Shown: positions 1-7,663 of the stretch, piece after piece
Position numbering within the stretch: position 1 is the first letter of the stretch
Layout: each line of letters opens with the position of its first letter
Virus record (IMG/VR): IMGVR_UViG_3300032257_000032
Location: 1-43,025 of that record
DNA length: 43,025 nt
Reading direction: 5' to 3' (one strand)
Source of the DNA: a virus
Lineage: Duplodnaviria; Caudoviricetes
Translations under genes and position numbers: made by a program
Notes under the pieces: generated by a model
What the model saw: only the letters and a program-made list of their open reading frames with translations
What the model was told of the DNA's origin: nothing
Database searches by the model: none

Positions 1-127
1 GAGATGCTAAGGCAGGTAAGACGGCACTTGCAGGTACGGCAGCAAGGCTAGACCAAATAGATAACATCTACTGGTTTGACTTAGAGAATGGTGTAGAAAC
101 TCTGCTTAATAAGCAATCTAACTTAAC
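1..127. repeat. Terminal overlap identical to 42899..43025 (circular assembly)
   Basis: Exact 127-nt match at both ends, inside a continuous ORF; 127 is a common assembler k-mer. Confidence 0.97.
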
Positions 128-758
128 AGATGACCAGCTTAAGAAGGTTAAGGTATTCTCTGTAGTAGATAGTCCGGACTTACCAGTAGCAGGAGAGACT
201 ATACTTAAAGCCTTTACCTCCAGACGCCCTGTATCTATATGCTATGAGCATGGTAAAGTAGGATGTGCTGTATGCAAGCCAGAAGATAAACTTGACTGGC
301 ACTTACTAGGCTGTACTAAACGTGACTTAGTAGTCATAGACTCAGGTACACAGCTAGGTATATCTGTACATAAGATAGCACAGAAACTTAACACCTTTAA
401 AGATAAGCGTCTTTACTATGTAGAGTCAGGCAGTATGCTTAATGATATCTTTACTATGACGCAGGCTGTACATACAAACGTAGTGATGATAACACATGCA
501 CTTGACATTACAAATGATGATGGTAAACTAATTAAGACTGTCCCGCTTGTCCTTAGCCAAGGGTATAGTAAGAACGTAGGTAAGTTCTTTGGGCAAGTAG
601 CCTATCTATCCGTAGAGTTAAGGAAGTTCAAAGCAGGTTCATCCTCTACTTATAAGCAGACAGTACTAACAGGATCTAGAACAGGTGCGGCTATAGAGAA
701 TATAACTGATCGCCCACCTACTATGAAAGATTTGCTCTTTCCAGACGATGCAGCATGA
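1..758 (+). CDS. AAA-family (Sak4/AAA_24-like) ATPase, 3' part; the gene starts at 42826 and spans the origin (276 aa)
   Basis: Open frame from 42826 to 758; Walker A GDAKAGKT, Walker B LVVIDS, insert CYEHGKVGCAVC; next to an SSB-like gene. Confidence 0.85.
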   Translation, partial: DAKAGKTALAGTAARLDQIDNIYWFDLENGVETLLNKQSNLTDDQLKKVKVFSVVDSPDLPVAGETILKAFTSRRPVSICYEHGKVGCAVCKPEDKLDWHLLGCTKRDLVVIDSGTQLGISVHKIAQKLNTFKDKRLYYVESGSMLNDIFTMTQAVHTNVVMITHALDITNDDGKLIKTVPLVLSQGYSKNVGKFFGQVAYLSVELRKFKAGSSSTYKQTVLTGSRTGAAIENITDRPPTMKDLLFPDDAA

Positions 759-931
759 GCAGTCTATATGCTAAGAACAAGAAAGCTATAGCTAAGGTTA
801 AAAAGCACTATAAGGATTGTCCTTACAAGGGCAGGTTTATACCTATGAACGTATGTGCTTGTGATTGCTATGAGCGTCGCATATTTACAATAGGTGTAAA
901 GGCACAAAAGAATTTAGAGCGTAAGCTCTAA
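755..931 (+). CDS. 58-aa basic Cys/His-rich protein
   Basis: Not in ORF track; ATGA overlap with upstream stop; HYKDCP...CACDC. Confidence 0.7.
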   Translation: MSSLYAKNKKAIAKVKKHYKDCPYKGRFIPMNVCACDCYERRIFTIGVKAQKNLERKL

Positions 932-1006
932 TAGCAGTACGGCTCAACATGAGCTTAAAACCTCTCGCCCGTATGGGCATAACATTAAACTATAAGGTAT
1001 ATAACT

Positions 1007-1477
1007 ATGAGTGAAGAAAACGGTACAGTAACAGGTGAAAAAGACGTAGAGTTGTTTGATCTAGATGGCACGCTAGATGAAGTAGAGGCAGCACCAGAGT
1101 TTGTAATGCCAGCTAATGGGCATCACGTATTTGGTGTAGTGGCTTGTAAGATCAAAGACGCTAAGCGTATTAACATCACCTATAAACTGAAGGAAACTTT
1201 AGAGCAGACAGATGCGGATGAACTGGCTACAGAGCCAGGGTCTCTATGCTCTGAAGGTTGGCAGGCTACTAAGACAGGGCTTGAATACTTCAAGACTCGT
1301 GCTATCCAACTGTTAGGTAAAGAGACTTGCGCTGGTCAATCAGTTACAGCTATTGTAGCTATGCTTGATTCAGACGAGTATCAACAAGCCTATGACTTCA
1401 CAGCCGTAACTAAGCTTGCTAAGTCTGGTGAGTATGAGAACCTACGCTTTAGTAAGGTTGCATTGCGTACCATTTAG
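1007..1477 (+). CDS. Putative ssDNA-binding protein (DUF669-like)
   Basis: Acidic N-terminus, beta-rich core, typical position after the AAA ATPase; AAGGT RBS. Confidence 0.6.
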   Translation: MSEENGTVTGEKDVELFDLDGTLDEVEAAPEFVMPANGHHVFGVVACKIKDAKRINITYKLKETLEQTDADELATEPGSLCSEGWQATKTGLEYFKTRAIQLLGKETCAGQSVTAIVAMLDSDEYQQAYDFTAVTKLAKSGEYENLRFSKVALRTI

Positions 1478-1486
1478 CACTATCAC

Positions 1487-1502
1487 GGGACAAGGATGTC
1501 CC
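1487..1502 (+). promoter_or_regulatory. CsrA/RsmA-type hairpin GGGAC-AAGGAT-GTCCC
   Basis: 5-bp stem, ANGGAN hexaloop, matches ACANGGANGU. Confidence 0.65.
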
Positions 1503-1564
1503 AATTTCTAAGAAGGCTTTATACTAATAGAGTCTTCCTATAAATTACTAGCAAGGAGAACAAT

Positions 1565-1753
1565 ATGAAACAAGTACTAAGAGCAGAGACCGAGACAGGT
1601 CAGATTAAGCTAACCTATGACAATGGAGATATAGAGCATATCCCTTGCCTTAATGACAGTGAGTCCTATGTAATAGCTATAGCTAACCATATGTTCCGTC
1701 AAGGTTATAATCATGCACTGCGAGTAGGGGTAGATACTGATGCCAATGCTTAA
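1565..1753 (+). CDS. Hypothetical protein
   Basis: AAGGAG RBS; tiles with operon. Confidence 0.8.
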   Translation: MKQVLRAETETGQIKLTYDNGDIEHIPCLNDSESYVIAIANHMFRQGYNHALRVGVDTDANA

Positions 1754-2102
1754 AGGTATAGAGGTAGTACACTATAAACGTGATCTATCTATCCCACTAG
1801 GTGAGGATGCACAGAAGTCTCTAGCTTATCTATATATGATGCTAGAAGGTATAGCACAAATGGGGCTACCAGTAGAGAACACTTATGAGCAGTGTAAGGA
1901 TAAAGACTGGCAGCATATAATCTTTCCTGAAACATCTAACCTAGCATTCCAGAATGCACTACTAGGCTGTGGCTTTACTATAGCCTTAGAGACTTTCAGT
2001 GAGAAAGACTTGGACTTCCATGAACGATTAAAAAGAGGTGAGACTCTAGTAACTAAGAGTCATCACACAGGGTTTACAAGCAGACCAAAGAAGGGGCAGT
2101 GA
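1740..2102 (+). CDS. Hypothetical protein
   Basis: Overlapping operon tiling. Confidence 0.75.
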   Translation: MPMLKGIEVVHYKRDLSIPLGEDAQKSLAYLYMMLEGIAQMGLPVENTYEQCKDKDWQHIIFPETSNLAFQNALLGCGFTIALETFSEKDLDFHERLKRGETLVTKSHHTGFTSRPKKGQ

Positions 2103-2641
2103 TAATGCGTAAGATTATAGGCATAGCAGGATTTAAGGGTAGCGGTAAGACTACTGTTGCAGACTATTTATGTGAGAATGAGGGCGCTATATCTATGCCC
2201 TTAGCTCAACCTATTAAAGAGATACTATGTACACTCTATCCACAGTTTAGTGGTGAAGACTTAGATAGTCAAGATGTAAAGGCTACTAATCTATATGGTT
2301 CTGATGTAACCATTAGAGACTTACTACGTGGTATAGGTATGGGTATGCGTAAAGAGCTATCTTCCAATATATGGACAGAGGTATGCTTATCTAGAATTCA
2401 TAAGCTACCTACAATGTGTGAGCGTGTTGTAGTTCCTGACATTCGTATGCCAGAGGAGGCAGACTGGTTAGCTAAGTTAGGTGGTACTCTTATATGGGTA
2501 GACAGAGACGGCTACACATCGGATGGTGATATAACAGAGCAGAATCTTAGCTTTATGGCGGATGTTGTACTACATAACCATGAAGGCTTTCATCCCCTAT
2601 ACAGGGAAGTAGATGATATCTTAAGGGTAATAGGCTGGTGA
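2099..2641 (+). CDS. Deoxynucleoside monophosphate kinase (T4 gp1-like)
   Basis: IIGIAGFKGSGKTT P-loop, RDLLRGIG, VPDIRMPEE motifs. Confidence 0.9.
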   Translation: MIMRKIIGIAGFKGSGKTTVADYLCENEGAISMPLAQPIKEILCTLYPQFSGEDLDSQDVKATNLYGSDVTIRDLLRGIGMGMRKELSSNIWTEVCLSRIHKLPTMCERVVVPDIRMPEEADWLAKLGGTLIWVDRDGYTSDGDITEQNLSFMADVVLHNHEGFHPLYREVDDILRVIGW

Positions 2642-4833
2642 GAGTATTAGCTAATATCTCTAGCAGGGATAAGAAGTATCAAGGGACTTTAGCAGCAATG
2701 CTAAAACCCTATGGTGCTCAAGGCAAACTATGCGTAGGGACTAAGTCCTATACTCAACTATTTGCAGCAGCAGAACAAGCTAATGCAGATGTTATTGTAG
2801 TATCTAGCCCAGAAACTTTAGGAGAATTAGTAGCAGGGAAAGCTAACATATCTGAATGGAGAGGTTCTGTTCTACAGACAGATATACCTATCCTTATTAT
2901 ATCTCCACTGCATTTAGTCCACATGACTAAGGCTGGTAGATGGCTAATGGAGAAAGATCTAGAGAAGTTACTGCACCTAGCTAAAGGTAAAGATCATTAT
3001 GCTCATGACTATCAATACAAGATTATAGATAGCCAGCAGTGCTACCCTGATAGTCAAGCCTTAGCTGAGTGTGCGGCAGCAGATTGTCTAGTAGCAGACA
3101 TAGAGACAACTAGAACTAATGATATAGATGTCATATCTTTTACAATCATAAAAGACTCTGAAGTCGGTATGACGTGGGTATTTCAAACACTAGGACATCA
3201 TAATACTATCGCTAAGATACTCGCTTTAGATGTCCCTAAAGCCTTCCACAATGGGGCTTTTGACTGTTTCCAGTTATTGCGTTTTGACATTCCAGTTAAT
3301 TATTATATACTAGATACAGAGTATATGTGGAAGTGTTGGCACGCAGAGTTAGATAAGTCCTTAGCCTTTATTAGCTCAGTACTATTGAGGGACTACTACT
3401 ATTGGAAAGAGGAAGTCTCTGATGATAGACTGCAGTATTGTGCTAAGGATACAATCAATACAGCTAGATGCTTATTAATCATGATGAAGGATATGCCTAG
3501 GTGGGCATGGATTAATTATTCTATTATGTTCCCTCTAGTATTCCCAGCTATAGGCTATGGGTTTGAGGGCATTAAGGCAGACCAAAAGAAGTTAGAACCT
3601 ATAAGAGTTGAAGCTCAAGCAGAGGTAGATGCACTACGCCATAAGCTACAAGTAATGGCAGCATGGCCTACCTTTAATCCTGGCTCACCACAGCAAGTAG
3701 CTAAGCTATTGTATACTGTAATTGGTGCTAAGAAACCTAAACGCTGCAAGTCTAAAGCAGCTACAGGAGAAGTGGAACTTAAGAAGATTAGACTTCAGCA
3801 CCCATTCATAGCTGTATTTGTAGAGCTTATACTAGAGTTTAGAGATAAGGCTAAAGCACTATCTACTTACTATAATGCTTCAATGTTTAATGGCCGTATA
3901 ATGTACTCTGTTAAGATTGATGGTACTGAAACGGGCAGGCTAGCATCTAGTAAGTCGCCTCTCTATGTACCTTTATCAGAGACTCCTGGCAAGACTCTAA
4001 GTACACAGAAGAACTATGGAGCACAGGTACAGAACTTCCCTCCCTACTATAAGAAACTACTTCTTCCAGATGATGGCTATACGTTCTTTGAGATAGATAA
4101 GTCCCAGTCTGAAGCTAGGTGTGTAGCTAGGCAGTCAGGGGACAAGGAGCTGATACAGGCACTAGAAGGTGGAGAGGATTTCTATTGTTATACAGCATGG
4201 AAGTTCTTTGGTAATAAGATAGATAAGTCTTCTCCTGTTAGGCAGATTACTAAGAAGATTATTCATGGTACTAACTATAAGATGGGAGCTGAGACTTTTA
4301 TAGATTCTGTAGGCATCGAAGGCATGTCAGCAGCTATGCGTCTACTAGAGTGGGAAGGCTCTGATATGGTAGAGTTCGCTAACCACCTATTAGGTTTATA
4401 CCATAAAGCATACCCAGGTGTACAGAGGGGATGGAAAGCCATAAGGACTGAGGTATCTCTAACAGGTAAGCTAGTAACAGAGGATGGCTGGACTAGAGAA
4501 ATCTTTGGAGACATAGTAAGCGATGACGCTGTATGGCGTGCATGTATAGCACATAAGCCTCAGCATCTATCAGTAGCAGGACTGAATAAGTCGCTTATCC
4601 AAATCTACTTTAAGTTACAGCTAGGCTCTGAAGGTAAGCTAAGAGTAAAAGCTCAGGTGCATGACTCGATCATAGGCCAGACTGTAGACCCAGATTACTA
4701 TATACCTAAAGTGCATGAGCTACTAGACACAATACAAAAAACTAAGCATGGGGATTTAAGAATACCCTTAGATATAGAAGTATCAACTACAAGTTGGAAG
4801 GAGAAGAAGGAATGGCAATTACCACACCAATAA
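2638..4833 (+). CDS. polA: Family A DNA polymerase with 3'-5' exonuclease and an extra N-terminal domain (possibly degenerate UDG-like)
   Basis: Exo motifs ADIETT, HNGAFD, YCAKDT; TETGRLASS; motif A DKSQSEAR; motif B RQITKKIIHGTNY; motif C QVHDS. Confidence 0.95.
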   Translation: MRVLANISSRDKKYQGTLAAMLKPYGAQGKLCVGTKSYTQLFAAAEQANADVIVVSSPETLGELVAGKANISEWRGSVLQTDIPILIISPLHLVHMTKAGRWLMEKDLEKLLHLAKGKDHYAHDYQYKIIDSQQCYPDSQALAECAAADCLVADIETTRTNDIDVISFTIIKDSEVGMTWVFQTLGHHNTIAKILALDVPKAFHNGAFDCFQLLRFDIPVNYYILDTEYMWKCWHAELDKSLAFISSVLLRDYYYWKEEVSDDRLQYCAKDTINTARCLLIMMKDMPRWAWINYSIMFPLVFPAIGYGFEGIKADQKKLEPIRVEAQAEVDALRHKLQVMAAWPTFNPGSPQQVAKLLYTVIGAKKPKRCKSKAATGEVELKKIRLQHPFIAVFVELILEFRDKAKALSTYYNASMFNGRIMYSVKIDGTETGRLASSKSPLYVPLSETPGKTLSTQKNYGAQVQNFPPYYKKLLLPDDGYTFFEIDKSQSEARCVARQSGDKELIQALEGGEDFYCYTAWKFFGNKIDKSSPVRQITKKIIHGTNYKMGAETFIDSVGIEGMSAAMRLLEWEGSDMVEFANHLLGLYHKAYPGVQRGWKAIRTEVSLTGKLVTEDGWTREIFGDIVSDDAVWRACIAHKPQHLSVAGLNKSLIQIYFKLQLGSEGKLRVKAQVHDSIIGQTVDPDYYIPKVHELLDTIQKTKHGDLRIPLDIEVSTTSWKEKKEWQLPHQ

Positions 4834-5012
4834 GTCAGTGGCCTACTATCAAAGAGATGGTAGCTAAGCTGAACGCTGGACACTTTGAAGGCACTGTAAG
4901 TATTAATGATTGGGAAGAAGGGTTCTTAGTATCTATGCAAGCTAAGGATACATTCTCTCAGAAGATGCAGGCTAAGATAGTATCTATCTATGATAGGGAG
5001 ATAGGCATATGA
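4812..5012 (+). CDS. Hypothetical protein
   Basis: Start moved to MAITTP after GGAG; INDWEEGFLVSM...SQKMQ pattern. Confidence 0.7.
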   Translation: MAITTPISQWPTIKEMVAKLNAGHFEGTVSINDWEEGFLVSMQAKDTFSQKMQAKIVSIYDREIGI

Positions 5013-5257
5013 ATAGGGATGATGCTAGACAAGTAGTAATCGATGCCATTATAGATAAGCTCCCTAAAGGCTTAGAGCTTTATGACGAGAGATTACGGTT
5101 CAATCAACTAGACCTTGATGACTTAGATGTTATATCTATAATGTTAGAGATTCAATCAGATAAGCATATACTGCTATTTGACTCTAGCCATTATGCGCCT
5201 AACTCAATTGATGACATGATAACCTTAGTAGAGGAGGCACCAGCTTATGAGAGATAA
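5009..5257 (+). CDS. Acyl carrier protein-like protein lacking the phosphopantetheine Ser
   Basis: 82 aa, acidic; FNQLDLDDLDVISIMLEIQ aligns to ACP DLGADSLDTVELVMALE; C-terminal SIDDMITLV. Confidence 0.7.
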   Translation: MNRDDARQVVIDAIIDKLPKGLELYDERLRFNQLDLDDLDVISIMLEIQSDKHILLFDSSHYAPNSIDDMITLVEEAPAYER

Positions 5258-5810
5258 AATACATGGTGTAATAGATATAGAGACAGGAGGGACTAAGATT
5301 CCTTCTCCCTTATTTCGTATAGGTATAGCAATTGTTGGAGTTGAGGGTGTACCGATGCCTATTAAGGATATAGGTGTACAGCCTTATACATGCCTTAGCT
5401 CTGACTGTAAGATGGATGCTGAAACACTTAGCTGGTGGATTGAGCAATCAGATGCTGCTAGGAAAGCTAGAGACCTTGAGCCTAGATTCCATGTAAACCA
5501 AGCACTCATAGCACTTAATGAATTCTTAACAGAGCATAATGTAGACTATACATGGGGTAACTCTCCTAGCTTTGACCAAGCACATTTATTATACTTCTAT
5601 GACTTGCATGGTATAGTCCCGCATAAGTCCTTAAACTACTATAATCAAATGGACTTACGTACTATAAGAGCCCTATATCCTCCTATAAAGTCTCGTATAA
5701 AGGCTCACTTTAGTGACAGGTTTCCTGCACACATAGCAGTTAATGATGCTTATGCGGAAGCTGTTGGATTAGTAGAGTACCTTAATGATATCTGGAGACT
5801 TTATCAGTGA
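5247..5810 (+). CDS. DEDDh 3'-5' exonuclease (Rv2179c/DUF5051-like)
   Basis: IDIETGG, WGNSPSFD, DLRT, HIAVNDA motifs. Confidence 0.88.
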   Translation: MRDKIHGVIDIETGGTKIPSPLFRIGIAIVGVEGVPMPIKDIGVQPYTCLSSDCKMDAETLSWWIEQSDAARKARDLEPRFHVNQALIALNEFLTEHNVDYTWGNSPSFDQAHLLYFYDLHGIVPHKSLNYYNQMDLRTIRALYPPIKSRIKAHFSDRFPAHIAVNDAYAEAVGLVEYLNDIWRLYQ

Positions 5811-7087
5811 GTATCAATGAGGACTTCTTTGAGCTATACTTCCAATACGTAGGTAGGACTGAGTCCCCTGCTATATTCCATAGATGGACTGCTATTAGCA
5901 TGATCTCTACACTGCTTAGCCGTAATGTACACCTACCCTTTGGGCATGGTGAGATATTCCCTAACCAGTATATACTGCTAACAGGAGGGCCAGGTACTAG
6001 GAAGGGTACTGCTATTAAGATAGGCATTAAGCTTATGGAGAGAATAGGCTATGATAAGTTTAGTCCTAATAAGGCAGCTAAGGAAACTCTCTGGCATATA
6101 ATGGCTAACCAGCATAACAAGGATGATGAGGACTCAGGCGATATCTTTGACCTTAATGAGCCTTGCTTCACAGACCCTGTATCAGATATGTATATAGCAC
6201 AGGATGAATTCATTGACTTTATAGGGGTAGGTAATGACGAGCTTCTCACTAACCTTACTAATCTTTGGGATAACCTTAGCGAGTTTAGTAATCCTAAGCT
6301 TACCAAAGAGGATGCTATTGTATCTAAGCCAACTATCAACATACTTAGTGGCGCTACTCCAGGGGGTATTAGCGAGGCTTTCGGGTCGATAGCTATGAGT
6401 GGAGGGTTCTTCTCTAGGGTTATGTTTATCTATGGAGGAGCTACAGGAACTAAGATAGCTTGGCCTGATGCTAAGAACCCAGAGCTAGAGAAAGAACTAA
6501 TCACAAGGCTTAAGGTAATACAGTCATTGCAGGGTGAGGTTACTATAGCCCCTGAAGTTAAAGAGTTATTAGCTAAGATCTATACAGGCTTTCCTGGGTT
6601 AGAGGATAGACGCTTTGCTTACTACTGTCAACGTAGGCAGACACACTTACTCAAGTTATCAGTAGTCTGTGCGGCAGCAAGAGGTAAGCTAGAGGTGATA
6701 GAAGAAGACTGCATAAGAGCTAATACCATTATGCACCTAGCAGAATTAAGGATGCCACAGGCATTAGGCGAGTTCGGTAAGGCTAGACTATCAGATGTAT
6801 CTAATGATATACTTGAGATACTAAGCAACTCTAATACACCATTGAACTTTAAGCAGCTATGGAAACACTTAAGGCAAGACCTAGCTAAGCCTGCTGACTT
6901 ACAGGAATTATTAAGTAATCTAATACAAGCTGATAGGATACAGACTGCAGTAGTAAAGAACAATAAGGCTTTCCTACCCGTACTTAGGTCTGATAATAAG
7001 TGGGAGCCTAGGCATATAGACTACAGTATGGTAAGACCCTCAGAACATCCAGAGGCTATAGAGCCAGATAAAGTAGTGGCAGTATGA
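5807..7087 (+). CDS. DUF3987/YfjI-type AAA+ replicative helicase, probable C-terminal winged helix
   Basis: ESPAIFHRW N-terminus; Walker A GGPGTRKGT; Walker B AQDEF; ILSGATP; GFFSR arginine finger. Confidence 0.8.
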   Translation: MSINEDFFELYFQYVGRTESPAIFHRWTAISMISTLLSRNVHLPFGHGEIFPNQYILLTGGPGTRKGTAIKIGIKLMERIGYDKFSPNKAAKETLWHIMANQHNKDDEDSGDIFDLNEPCFTDPVSDMYIAQDEFIDFIGVGNDELLTNLTNLWDNLSEFSNPKLTKEDAIVSKPTINILSGATPGGISEAFGSIAMSGGFFSRVMFIYGGATGTKIAWPDAKNPELEKELITRLKVIQSLQGEVTIAPEVKELLAKIYTGFPGLEDRRFAYYCQRRQTHLLKLSVVCAAARGKLEVIEEDCIRANTIMHLAELRMPQALGEFGKARLSDVSNDILEILSNSNTPLNFKQLWKHLRQDLAKPADLQELLSNLIQADRIQTAVVKNNKAFLPVLRSDNKWEPRHIDYSMVRPSEHPEAIEPDKVVAV

Positions 7088-7209
7088 GTAAGAGAAAGAA
7101 ACATAAGAACAAGAAGTGTATACCCTGTGAAGGGTTAGGTATGATAGATGGTAAACAATGCACTAAGTGTAGGGGCTTAGGCTATTATAAAGTAATGAGG
7201 AATAAGTAA
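7084..7209 (+). CDS. 41-aa DnaJ-type zinc-finger mini-protein
   Basis: Not in ORF track; ATGA overlap; CIPCEGLG...CTKCRGLG. Confidence 0.75.
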   Translation: MSKRKKHKNKKCIPCEGLGMIDGKQCTKCRGLGYYKVMRNK

Positions 7210-7211
7210 CT

Positions 7212-7412
7212 ATGAATATAGGGCAGGTAGAAACACAGACAATAGACTCGTTAGTTAACGCATTATTATCAATGGAGCGTGGAGGGCTATACGAATATAC
7301 TGCAGGAGATAAGGAGCTACTAACAGAAGCTAGTAGACTAATCAACGATAGGGAGTTCTTAACCGTAGCACAACATACAGCCATAGTACATATGGCAGTG
7401 AGGTATTTATGA
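7212..7412 (+). CDS. Hypothetical protein
   Basis: GAGGA RBS, tiling. Confidence 0.7.
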   Translation: MNIGQVETQTIDSLVNALLSMERGGLYEYTAGDKELLTEASRLINDREFLTVAQHTAIVHMAVRYL

Positions 7413-7591
7413 GACGCGCAAAGCTTACAATCGAAGTTATTATAGACGTACCTAGCATAAGTGACGGTGCAGATCAAGAGATACAGGCAGCAGACAGGGC
7501 TAGAATTCTAATGGCTGACTATAGTGTCTATCCACCCCTAGGCTATGTGCAGCAGCGGTACAAGAAGTTAGAAATTATCGAGGTAAACTAG
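7409..7591 (+). CDS. Hypothetical protein
   Basis: GAGG RBS, ATGA overlap; last gene of + arm. Confidence 0.7.
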   Translation: MRRAKLTIEVIIDVPSISDGADQEIQAADRARILMADYSVYPPLGYVQQRYKKLEIIEVN

Positions 7592-7595
7592 GCAT

Positions 7596-7620
7596 AAAAA
7601 AGCCCTCCATAAAGGAGGGC
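7596..7620 (-). terminator. Intrinsic terminator ending the structural arm
   Basis: GCCCTCC-TTTAT-GGAGGGC then T6 on the - strand; second hairpin at 7631..7648. Confidence 0.88.
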
Positions 7621-7663
7621 AACAGCAGGCGAGGGAGACAAAGCCCTCTTGGGAGTAAACTTA

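Noticed and set aside
7596-7650. Bidirectional terminator
   Set aside because: U-tract present only for the - strand; + arm termination is unresolved
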